This document shows positions 42,607-51,245 of a DNA stretch of 64,000 nucleotides, piece after piece. How positions within the stretch are numbered: position 1 is the first letter of the stretch; each line of letters opens with the position of its first letter. The DNA is from Methanothermococcus sp. Ax23 (GTDB lineage: Archaea; AGJL01; Methanococci; Methanococcales; Methanococcaceae), in assembly GCF_049075655.1 (NCBI RefSeq), contig NZ_CP157522.1, positions 768,001 to 832,000 of the forward strand. The letters are read 5' to 3'. The translations under genes were made by a program, and so were the position numbers. Under the pieces are notes generated by a model. The model saw only the letters and a program-made list of their open reading frames with translations, searched no databases and was not told the DNA's origin.

Positions 42607-44856
42607 TTACCCTCCCCTTTGTAGGATCCTACATAAATTCAAAATCTTAAATGGATGTATATTTTTTGTAAATAACTTATGCACCTCAGGGTATTTTTTC
42701 ATGTTGTTGAAAACTTCAATGTTTAAGTATATCTCAGAATTCAGTGAACTCTCTAGTTCAGTGAGTTTATATAAAAATGACTTTGATTTTATATCATTAA
42801 TGACTTTAAGTATATTATCTACTTCATTTTTTGAGTAGTTTTCGATGAATGCATTATGTTTCCTTACATTTAGGAAACTTTTTTCTTCTTTTTCAAAGAA
42901 CCTCCAATGTTCTCTAATTGGATATTTTATATTTGAAATGCTCAAAGATAAGTTTATTGGGCAGTCGTTATTTCCTTTAACATCTGGGAAATATTTATTA
43001 AAAACCCCTAAATATGTTTTGATAATTTCTTTGGTTAAGTCAGGAGAATATTTGAAAACACCTAACTCCTCGTAATCGGAGATTGGTTTTTTGATGTCAT
43101 TTCGGTCCTCAAATTTTTTCCAAAACTCTTTTAACATTTTTTCATAATCTTTATTAAAGTCAATTTGTGGTGCTAAGGGTCTAAATTCATTTAAAATCGA
43201 TGTTATATACTGTTTTTTATTTTTTATGATTTTTATCTTTTCCTCTAAGGAGTTCAATTTGTCATAAGCTTTCTTTGATTTTAATTTATTCTTTAGTTTC
43301 TTAATTTCCTTTTTAATCTTTTTAATTTTTTGAGATAATTCTTTTAACCTTTCTATTTCTTCATTATTTATACTACTACCATTTCTGGCTTTCTTCTTTA
43401 ATATTTCATGTTCTTTCTTTTTTTCATCTAATTCATTTTCTTTTTCTTTAAGTTTACCTATTTCCGATTTGATTGAATCATATTTACTAACTACTTTATC
43501 AAAAATTTTTGGATATATCTGTTCTATGTATTCTTCAAATGCTTTTATTAACCAGTCTTCTAATTTTCTTTGATCTATTGAAAACTTAAACCAACAAACT
43601 CTAACACTCTCTTTTTCCCACTTTTCTGCATATTCTCTAAATGGTTCTCCCATTTCTCTAATTTTCTGGCATTTTTTACATATCCATTCTTTAATATTTT
43701 CTTTTTCTCTTTCTATTCCTTTTCTTTGCTGACATATATCACAGATTGGAGGATTTATTTCATCAGGTATATCTGGTAAAAGATATTTTTTATAAATCTT
43801 AGCATCGATATTATTAATGCCTGATTTTCTTTTTTCGAGTATTTTTACATCTAATGTGGATTCAAACAGTTCTAACTTTGATACAATTTCATTCACTTCA
43901 ATATAAAATCCATAATCTAAAAATGGTTTAAATATCTCTTTTAAATCTTGATTTAATGGTAAAAATAATATAACAAAATCTGATGTAGCAAACAATATTT
44001 CATCTTCAAACTTATTTGTGAGATAATTTATAAGTTCATTTCTTTTTTTAAGTAAGTTTATATCACGTAATCTAACAAATGAATGAGGAAATCTAATCCA
44101 ACATTTTACTAATCTCCATTCCCAGTTATTTTTAGCATCATTAATTGTTTTAGCTTTTTCTTCATCATATTCGATAGTAATTGAACCATCAGATTCGATA
44201 TTAAATCTTGTGTTTTTCATTAGAACTCGATATATTTTACCAACTAATTCAACGTGGGCGTAAAGAGAAGTTATATTTCTTAAAATACTCTTATCTTCAG
44301 GAGTTAAAAGAAGATTTTCTTTATATTTATTTAAAAAATCTTTTCCAGAATTACAATTGTCAATTTCCTCAAATACTTTTTTCAAATTATCAATATTATT
44401 AAATGCAGCCCAATATTTTCCTGTTTTTTCCATATTGTCGTAGAATGTCGTATTCCAAGGTTTATAAACTCCTTTATTTAAATTAACATCTTCAAGGCTT
44501 ATTTCCTTTAATTCTTCAAACCCGTCCTTATCAGAAATTGCCCTCGATACTGACGACGCTATATTATCTGCAAGAATTAATAAAAAAACATAATATCTAC
44601 AAATTTCAGGAATTTCTTTATCCCATTCGTTTATATCCATGCGATTATCCACTTCATGATGATATTGCCCCAACCATGATGGTGATGATGATTTAGTGAG
44701 ATAATAACCTTTGTTTCGTAGTTCTTGAAAGTCAAAATTAACAAAGCAATGTCCCTTCCATGGTTTTCCATTGAGATTTTTAATATCTTCTTTAACTTTA
44801 TCATCAACCAACTTCCCAATATCATGTAATTCTGGAATAAATTGTTTATTTATCAT
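42607..44856 (-). CDS. cas10: Cas10-like large subunit with HD domain and degenerate Palm (type III-F-like)
   Basis: LHDIGK, H, HH, LADNIASS; PEDK..TSLYAH; Zn finger CDIC..CKKC; no GGDD. Confidence 0.8.
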   Translation of the reverse strand: MINKQFIPELHDIGKLVDDKVKEDIKNLNGKPWKGHCFVNFDFQELRNKGYYLTKSSSPSWLGQYHHEVDNRMDINEWDKEIPEICRYYVFLLILADNIASSVSRAISDKDGFEELKEISLEDVNLNKGVYKPWNTTFYDNMEKTGKYWAAFNNIDNLKKVFEEIDNCNSGKDFLNKYKENLLLTPEDKSILRNITSLYAHVELVGKIYRVLMKNTRFNIESDGSITIEYDEEKAKTINDAKNNWEWRLVKCWIRFPHSFVRLRDINLLKKRNELINYLTNKFEDEILFATSDFVILFLPLNQDLKEIFKPFLDYGFYIEVNEIVSKLELFESTLDVKILEKRKSGINNIDAKIYKKYLLPDIPDEINPPICDICQQRKGIEREKENIKEWICKKCQKIREMGEPFREYAEKWEKESVRVCWFKFSIDQRKLEDWLIKAFEEYIEQIYPKIFDKVVSKYDSIKSEIGKLKEKENELDEKKKEHEILKKKARNGSSINNEEIERLKELSQKIKKIKKEIKKLKNKLKSKKAYDKLNSLEEKIKIIKNKKQYITSILNEFRPLAPQIDFNKDYEKMLKEFWKKFEDRNDIKKPISDYEELGVFKYSPDLTKEIIKTYLGVFNKYFPDVKGNNDCPINLSLSISNIKYPIREHWRFFEKEEKSFLNVRKHNAFIENYSKNEVDNILKVINDIKSKSFLYKLTELESSLNSEIYLNIEVFNNMKKYPEVHKLFTKNIHPFKILNLCRILQRGG

Positions 44857-44878
44857 ACCCCTCCCTCCAAATACTTAC

Positions 44879-45619
44879 TTACAAAATATCATCAAATGTC
44901 CATTTACGATTTAATCTACTGGATTTACCAAATAACTTCGTTGAAACCTCTAAAAAGTTGTAAATCATATCGCACTGTTTTAATATGCTGTCAAAATTAT
45001 TTCTATCTATCATTGCAAATTTACACAATTCTTCAATCTTTTCGTCATCAAGAAGTATCAATGACCCATATTCACCCCCCCACTGTTTGTTGTAAATATA
45101 ATCTATTCCCCATAACATCAAATGCGGTTGGCAGTAGCTCCTTAAATTGAACACATTGCTATCATCTACTGGATTTGGCTCTAACGCTGAAATAAAGTTT
45201 AATGCTCCCCTTACACTGTTTTGACTAAATGATATATTTTCAATACCTTCTTCCAAAGCTCGTTCTTTTACTTTTTGTTCAATATCTTGAAGATTTATTT
45301 TTTTTTCACAGTATTCGTTGTAAAGTATATCTATTACATTTCGGTATGACCATCCAATAGGTTCTTCTGATGAATACATCTTATAATGCAAATAATTGTT
45401 AAATGTTATTTCGTCCATTTCTAAAAGTTTTTCAATGTCATTGTTAGATATTATTTTATTTTTTATGATTATGCTCTCATCAATTACCGTTTTTATATAT
45501 TGAGGTAGAGAGTTTTTTATTTCATCCCTTTTGGATGAGTTATTGTAGTGTATTACTTCCAATATTTCCCTTATCACTTCTGGCTTAGCGTTATGTCTAA
45601 TATGGTATCCTCCTGCCAT
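44879..45619 (-). CDS. Hypothetical protein, possibly tandem winged-helix (BrxA/DUF4007-like)
   Basis: 246-aa helical protein overlapping the TGT-like gene; role inferred from context only. Confidence 0.45.
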   Translation of the reverse strand: MAGGYHIRHNAKPEVIREILEVIHYNNSSKRDEIKNSLPQYIKTVIDESIIIKNKIISNNDIEKLLEMDEITFNNYLHYKMYSSEEPIGWSYRNVIDILYNEYCEKKINLQDIEQKVKERALEEGIENISFSQNSVRGALNFISALEPNPVDDSNVFNLRSYCQPHLMLWGIDYIYNKQWGGEYGSLILLDDEKIEELCKFAMIDRNNFDSILKQCDMIYNFLEVSTKLFGKSSRLNRKWTFDDIL

Positions 45620-46566
45620 TTTTTCACCGTTTCATGTGTTACTATAATGTTATGCAATGACCGATACATTCGGTTTTTCCGCAATTCATTCAATGAACTA
45701 CAAAAATAACACTCATGATTATTTTTTAACTCATTGAATACATAATGGTATCCAACATAGTGGTTTTTACATATCCTCGGACTCTTCCCCGTTATATTTA
45801 CCCTTTTATTAGGCAAAAATACATCTCCAAATCCCCCTGCCTTATCCCAACTACTACTATCAAAGCTATCTATATATTCTCTAATCCTATTTATAGAACT
45901 CGGTCCCCCTATGCCAAAGGCATGCAATTCAAACCCATAATCTTTTGCCAATATGGATAAATATCTTAAATTTTCTAAACTCTTTTTTGTTAATATGTTT
46001 ATAGCATTATTTTTCCCACTTGTTCCGAAACTTCCAAATCCAATCCTTTTAACATTTAGCTCAGAATAACTATTGACGCAATGGTATATCTGCTCCTTGG
46101 TGATTCCCTGGACAACGGGGATAAATTTTTTTTCATATTTGCCGTTAAACTCTTCGCTAAAACTTTTCGCACAGTAGATGGTTTCATGAACCTTCCCCCA
46201 TGCAACTTCAACACTATCAGAGGAAACCGGCGGAGAATCTGGAAGAACATACCAATCTCCCCATTTATTATCTTCGTAGAATTGCTTCAACTTGCATAAA
46301 AGGTCTTCCATTGTCAATTTGCCCTGTTGAACATAAAAACCACCACTGTCAAACATTATTGTTGAGTTTTCTTCCTCTTTTAATCTTCTAATCATGTTTG
46401 CAGTCCCCTGCGATGCCATGATTGGCGTAAATATTATATTTTCAAACGCCCATTTTTTAGGTTCATGTTTTTTCAACAAATCCCACATTTTTTTAATTTG
46501 ACCGGGAGATATCGTCATAGATGCAAAAAATTCCACCATAGTTTCCCTTAATAGATTTTTCTCCAT
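45574..46566 (-). CDS. tRNA-guanine transglycosylase-like protein (DpdA-like)
   Basis: FDSGGF, LPD, PVVQG, GFGS, LHAFG, SFDSSSW, C-terminal CYFC..H; no PUA/C-terminal domains of archaeosine TGT. Confidence 0.8.
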   Translation of the reverse strand: MEKNLLRETMVEFFASMTISPGQIKKMWDLLKKHEPKKWAFENIIFTPIMASQGTANMIRRLKEEENSTIMFDSGGFYVQQGKLTMEDLLCKLKQFYEDNKWGDWYVLPDSPPVSSDSVEVAWGKVHETIYCAKSFSEEFNGKYEKKFIPVVQGITKEQIYHCVNSYSELNVKRIGFGSFGTSGKNNAINILTKKSLENLRYLSILAKDYGFELHAFGIGGPSSINRIREYIDSFDSSSWDKAGGFGDVFLPNKRVNITGKSPRICKNHYVGYHYVFNELKNNHECYFCSSLNELRKNRMYRSLHNIIVTHETVKKWQEDTILDITLSQK

Positions 46567-46598
46567 TTTTTGAATATTATTATATTAAATAACGTATT

Positions 46599-47204
46599 TT
46601 ATGCAATATATTTAGCCATTAAAACCAAGTCCTTATTTCCCCTAGTATGATTTTTTAAAATACCTTCTATTACAAAACCATTTTTCACAAAAAATCTCAA
46701 TCCATTTTCATTGGATTTTGGAACTTCTGCATATATTTTGCGTTTTCCCATCTCTACACATTTGTTCTCTAAAAAAGATATGAAGTATTTTCCCAAAGCA
46801 TTATCTTTATGTTTTTTATCAACTGCAATATAGTTGATTTTTAAGTAGCCTGGTTTCTCACCATAAACCATAACTCCAATTAAATCATCATAATCATTTA
46901 AATTTTTCTGTTTTCTGTTCTGATTGAATATACCAACAATATGTATGGTTTTTGGTCTAGTAATCCATTGTTTTATGGAAGATTTATGGACAAATCCCCA
47001 AATATTTGAGTAGGACAACAATATCTCTTGAACTTTATCAACATGATCAACATCAACAATATAATCAACCGTAAGATTAACTTTAACTTTATCTGCGGAT
47101 TTACTGGAAATTTTTTCATTTTTGAATTTTTTATATAAATCATAAATTTCAAACAGCATTGCTTGCTGTTTAGTTAATAATTCTTCGTTCTGCTTCGATA
47201 CCAT
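46599..47204 (-). CDS. GNAT acetyltransferase
   Basis: YIAVDKKHKDNALG (motif A), NENGLRFFVKNGF (motif B). Confidence 0.82.
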   Translation of the reverse strand: MVSKQNEELLTKQQAMLFEIYDLYKKFKNEKISSKSADKVKVNLTVDYIVDVDHVDKVQEILLSYSNIWGFVHKSSIKQWITRPKTIHIVGIFNQNRKQKNLNDYDDLIGVMVYGEKPGYLKINYIAVDKKHKDNALGKYFISFLENKCVEMGKRKIYAEVPKSNENGLRFFVKNGFVIEGILKNHTRGNKDLVLMAKYIA

Positions 47205-47856
47205 ATCTTCTCGCCCCTATTGCATTTATAAATTGAGGGTTTTCTGGAACATAAATTTCCTTGCCAGTGATTTCTTTAAAATATCTTATGAAAGACCGAT
47301 TTTCTGCCACCCCGCCTGTTAAAGCCACAGTTTCATATTCAAATGGAATAATATCATTTACTTTTCTTGCTATGGTATAATTTACTGAAGCAATTATGTC
47401 TTCAATATTATATCCATTTACGAGATAGTTAACTATTTCAGATATTGAAAACACGGCACAGGTATTGTTTAAGATTAACGGCTCTTCTACATAATATTTT
47501 TCAAAATCCTCGATATCTATATTTAAATAAGTGGCAATAGTTTGCAAAAACAAACCTGTTCCTGCACCACATTTATCATTCATTGTAAATTCTAATGTTT
47601 TTATATCTATTATCTTTATATCTTGGCCACCAATATCAATTATTATATCTACATCTTTTCCCCTAATTCCATAAATTGCAGCAGTTATCTCAGTTATACT
47701 GTTTTTAAACTTTTTTCTGAAATATCCGGTAGCAAATATGGAGTCATTATTGTTATAATTTTCTAATAATTCATTTAATTTGAATATTGGATATTTTTTA
47801 AACTTTTTTCCATCGTATATTTTTATATTCGTTGAACCAACATCTATTCCTATCAT
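47170..47856 (-). CDS. 2-hydroxyacyl-CoA dehydratase activator (BadF/BadG/BcrA/BcrD ATPase)
   Basis: GIDVGST, ATGY, DIGGQD, MNDKCGAGTG, CAVF, TGGVA. Confidence 0.9.
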   Translation of the reverse strand: MIGIDVGSTNIKIYDGKKFKKYPIFKLNELLENYNNNDSIFATGYFRKKFKNSITEITAAIYGIRGKDVDIIIDIGGQDIKIIDIKTLEFTMNDKCGAGTGLFLQTIATYLNIDIEDFEKYYVEEPLILNNTCAVFSISEIVNYLVNGYNIEDIIASVNYTIARKVNDIIPFEYETVALTGGVAENRSFIRYFKEITGKEIYVPENPQFINAIGARRYGIEAERRIIN

Positions 47857-47862
47857 AATGTC

Positions 47863-48798
47863 TCATCCCATCAATTCAATAAATGCCTCAATTCTTAATT
47901 TTATCTGCTCAGGGGTTTTTTGTGGAATGTCTCCTTCAATAGTTAGCATTGGATAATCAATAAACTCTCTTAAAATTTCATCCTCTAATTTATGATGACA
48001 GCTCATTTGCGTGTAATGGATTACTCCATCCACCTTTCTTTTTTTCAATTCTTTTTTTATGATTTTGATCCTATGTTTTATATGATTTGCAAATGAGTAT
48101 GTAGAATAACTATCTACTATTTCGTTTATTGACTTACCTCCCATTCTAATAAATTCATATGCGAGCTCATTATAAACACAGTGAATTCCTATATCCTCCA
48201 AGTATTCATAAAAATCATTGAAAATTGGCGGGATGCCTATAATTGCTATTCTTTTGTTATATTCAATATCGAGCTCACTATATAGCAATTTTTTGACTTT
48301 ATCTTTGTATTTTCCCACATCCCCCTCTAAATCACTTGCTGATATACATGTATAGAATGCATCTACTCCTTTTATTTTATCATTGTAGCATAATTTATCA
48401 ACTTTTTTAACAAGTTTTTTGATATTATATACTTCGCCCATTTTAGTTTTGTCAATTTCCCCATTAGATAAAAACATAGTAAGTTTTTTTAATTCATTCT
48501 TAAAATGTTCCTTATCGCCGAATTGATAAAAGAAATAATGTGTAGGGATATTCTTTTTTATTTCCAATTTCTCAGCATCTACAAGTGAATTTTGACAGTC
48601 CCCGCCAGCAACAACAATTAATTTATCAATTTCAATATTATTTTGTAGAACAAGATCCCTCCATGTTGCAGTCCAAGCGCATAATTTGTTTTTTGGAATC
48701 ATGTTTGATTGTGGAACAAAGTTGTTTAAATCGATAGGAGTATTATTTGTTGAATAGACAATTTCTGGAGGGACTATTGCAGTAATACCTACTTTCAT
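47863..48798 (-). CDS. 2-hydroxyacyl-CoA dehydratase subunit (HgdB/D-like)
   Basis: LCAW, GGDC, DGVIHYTQMSCHH, LRIEAFIE. Confidence 0.85.
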   Translation of the reverse strand: MKVGITAIVPPEIVYSTNNTPIDLNNFVPQSNMIPKNKLCAWTATWRDLVLQNNIEIDKLIVVAGGDCQNSLVDAEKLEIKKNIPTHYFFYQFGDKEHFKNELKKLTMFLSNGEIDKTKMGEVYNIKKLVKKVDKLCYNDKIKGVDAFYTCISASDLEGDVGKYKDKVKKLLYSELDIEYNKRIAIIGIPPIFNDFYEYLEDIGIHCVYNELAYEFIRMGGKSINEIVDSYSTYSFANHIKHRIKIIKKELKKRKVDGVIHYTQMSCHHKLEDEILREFIDYPMLTIEGDIPQKTPEQIKLRIEAFIELMG

Positions 48799-48821
48799 AA
48801 TTACACCAATTGTTATTTCTA

Positions 48822-50105
48822 TTAATCCAATATCTCCCCAAACAAACCAAAAGTCTTTGCGTCGGTTATTTTTACATTTCTAAACTCTCCAATGTTTATG
48901 TTTTTATTTTCACTGTTAAATTTAACAACTTTGCAGTTATGGGCAATTCCTTTATCCTTTTCAGTAATTAAAACCTTCAATGTCTTTCCAATATACTTTT
49001 TATTATTTTCATAGCTGAGCTCCCTTCTTAATTTATCCAATATCTCAGACCTTTTTTTCCTAACTTTTGTATCTACCTGTTTTAATCTAGCTGCTTCGGT
49101 ATGCTTTCTCTGGGTGTATTTTGCACCGTGGATATAATCAGGATTTATTTTTTTCAAAACTTCAAGAGTGTTCTCAAAGTTTTCTTCTTTTTCAGTAGGG
49201 AATCCAACAATTATATCTGTATTGAAGTTCAAGTCTTTCACTTTTCTTTTAAATTCATTTACTATGCTAATAAATTCATCGACGGTGTATTCTCTTCTCA
49301 TATCCTTTAAAACTTGGTCATCTCCACTTTGAATAGGCAGATGCAAGAATTTTGCAACTTTGTCATTTTGGTATGATTCTATGAGCTCATCAATTATATG
49401 AGGAACATTTTTCGCATGCATCATTCCAATTCTCATATCGAATTCTCCATCAATAGAGGCAATATCATTTATTAAGTTCGGAAGGGTGTCATTTTTATCA
49501 AATCCATAGCATGCGGTATCCTGTGAAGTTATAAGGATGTGCTTCACTCCGTTGTTTATAAATTCCTCTGCCTTTTTAATTAGTAAATCCCTATCATAAG
49601 ATATTAATCTTCCACGGGCAACCTTGACAATGCAGTAGGAGCATTTTCCAACACATCCCTCTGAAATAGGGAGCGGCATAATTAAAGAGTTTTCAGGTTT
49701 TAGGTATTTTAATTTATCATTTAAGTCTATAGATGATGAATTATTGCATGGATTATATCTATTATGAATTACATACTCGTGAATTATATTTCCAGATAGA
49801 TGCGCCTCTTTTGGCATTACTAAAACATCGCCTTTATCTTCGACCTTTTCCTTCAATGCCTTTGGCATACATCCTGCTACAATAACTTTTTTGTTTAAGG
49901 ATTTAAAATGTTCTATTCTTGAAATCATTCTGTGTTCTGTCTCCAACCTAACAGCACATGTATTTATAACTATGATATCTGCATCTTCTGGGTTCTGAAC
50001 TATTTGAAAATCTTTAAATACAGCTATTGAATTTTTTATTATATTTGTATCTGCTGTATTCAGCGTGCAACCGTATCCTTCAATGTATATTTTTAGTCCG
50101 TTCAT
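48822..50105 (-). CDS. MiaB-like tRNA methylthiotransferase (t6A-specific archaeal type)
   Basis: YGCTLN, NTCAV, GCM, radical SAM CVGKCSYC, TRAM domain. Confidence 0.9.
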   Translation of the reverse strand: MNGLKIYIEGYGCTLNTADTNIIKNSIAVFKDFQIVQNPEDADIIVINTCAVRLETEHRMISRIEHFKSLNKKVIVAGCMPKALKEKVEDKGDVLVMPKEAHLSGNIIHEYVIHNRYNPCNNSSSIDLNDKLKYLKPENSLIMPLPISEGCVGKCSYCIVKVARGRLISYDRDLLIKKAEEFINNGVKHILITSQDTACYGFDKNDTLPNLINDIASIDGEFDMRIGMMHAKNVPHIIDELIESYQNDKVAKFLHLPIQSGDDQVLKDMRREYTVDEFISIVNEFKRKVKDLNFNTDIIVGFPTEKEENFENTLEVLKKINPDYIHGAKYTQRKHTEAARLKQVDTKVRKKRSEILDKLRRELSYENNKKYIGKTLKVLITEKDKGIAHNCKVVKFNSENKNINIGEFRNVKITDAKTFGLFGEILD

Positions 50106-50321
50106 GGTATCCTCATACTTATTTAAATTTTAATTAAATTAATCAAAATTTAAAGAAAAAATTTTATAAAATAGATATGAAGTTTTTAGGTAATATTTTA
50201 AATGAAAATTGTAAATTTATTTTATTTAAAAAATGTATTATAACAAACAAGAATGTATTGTTAAAAACTTGTATATAAATATAATTAAATTAATATTTAA
50301 AAAGTTATTTAGGGCGGTAAT

Positions 50322-50846
50322 ATGTTTAAAAAAATTATGTTTTTAATGCTGCTAATTTTTAGTTTATTTGGAATGGTTTATGGTGAAACGATAGATATTG
50401 GAGGTGATTTAAGATTAACAAAAACTGTTCCTTACGATAATTATACTTTCCCTTTGAATATAGATTCAAGTGAAGATAAGTATCTCTTAAGATTTACCCA
50501 TTATGGAGCTGCAACTTTTAACACTACCACTAAAATATATTTATATCTGAATGGTCATCTCATATATACTATCGATGATACAAATAATAAAGCTCCATTT
50601 AATGAGGGTTATGTAAGTGTTCCAGTAGATAAAAGTTATTTTGAAATACATGGGGATAATATTTTGCAATTAGAGGGATCAATCAATAACAATTATTATG
50701 TTGTTAAGGATTTTGAACTAACATATAATAGCACATCTACGGCTTCGACACCTATGAAGGTGCCACCTCCAATTCCTGCGCTAATTCTCAGTATTCTATT
50801 AATTACAATCTTAATTTTAAGAAATAAAAATATGATAAATAATTAA
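50322..50846 (+). CDS. Secreted/surface protein with C-terminal sorting signal
   Basis: N-terminal signal peptide; S/T linker, VPPPIP, TM helix, RNK. Confidence 0.7.
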   Translation: MFKKIMFLMLLIFSLFGMVYGETIDIGGDLRLTKTVPYDNYTFPLNIDSSEDKYLLRFTHYGAATFNTTTKIYLYLNGHLIYTIDDTNNKAPFNEGYVSVPVDKSYFEIHGDNILQLEGSINNNYYVVKDFELTYNSTSTASTPMKVPPPIPALILSILLITILILRNKNMINN

Positions 50847-50856
50847 CATTAAAAAA

Positions 50857-51225
50857 TTATAAAATCTCTTCAACATACATTAGTGGATAATCCAACTCTT
50901 TGATATATCTTAATCTTAACGATGCAATAGTATTATTTACTTTTATCTTTAATTTAACATTTAGCATATTGCCATCCAATGAAACATATTTATCTTCTTT
51001 TAAATCTCCAACAATTTCAACCTTAATATCTTCAACACAAGGTTGATTTTTCATAGCTTCTTCAATGGATTTTTCTAATATCTCCTTATTTTTTAAACTT
51101 ATAGGCGTTCCAACGAATTGATGAAACAGAGCTCCGAGAGTAATACCTCCTTCAAAAACTGCCCTTTCCCTATCTGATAAATTTTTAAAGTAGCTGTTGA
51201 ATATCTCATTTTCTTCAAGTTTCAT
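50857..51225 (-). CDS. mptD: Archaeal dihydroneopterin aldolase
   Basis: ERAVFEGGITLGALFHQFVGTP, YPLMYV. Confidence 0.88.
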   Translation of the reverse strand: MKLEENEIFNSYFKNLSDRERAVFEGGITLGALFHQFVGTPISLKNKEILEKSIEEAMKNQPCVEDIKVEIVGDLKEDKYVSLDGNMLNVKLKIKVNNTIASLRLRYIKELDYPLMYVEEIL

Positions 51226-51245
51226 AATCTCACCATTAAATTTTA

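Noticed and set aside
40512-44856. Type IV-C or canonical III-A/B assignment
   Set aside because: Gene order and the Csm3-like Cas7 fit III-F better; there is no GGDD and only one Cas7 (needs phylogeny to settle)
45574-46566. Housekeeping archaeosine tRNA-guanine transglycosylase (tgtA)
   Set aside because: Too short, lacks the C-terminal/PUA domains, is divergent and lies in a defence operon
31418-50320. CRISPR array or cas1/cas2/cas6 near the RAMP module
   Set aside because: No regularly spaced 25-40 bp repeats were seen; intergenic gaps in the island are too short; no ORF has the relevant motifs
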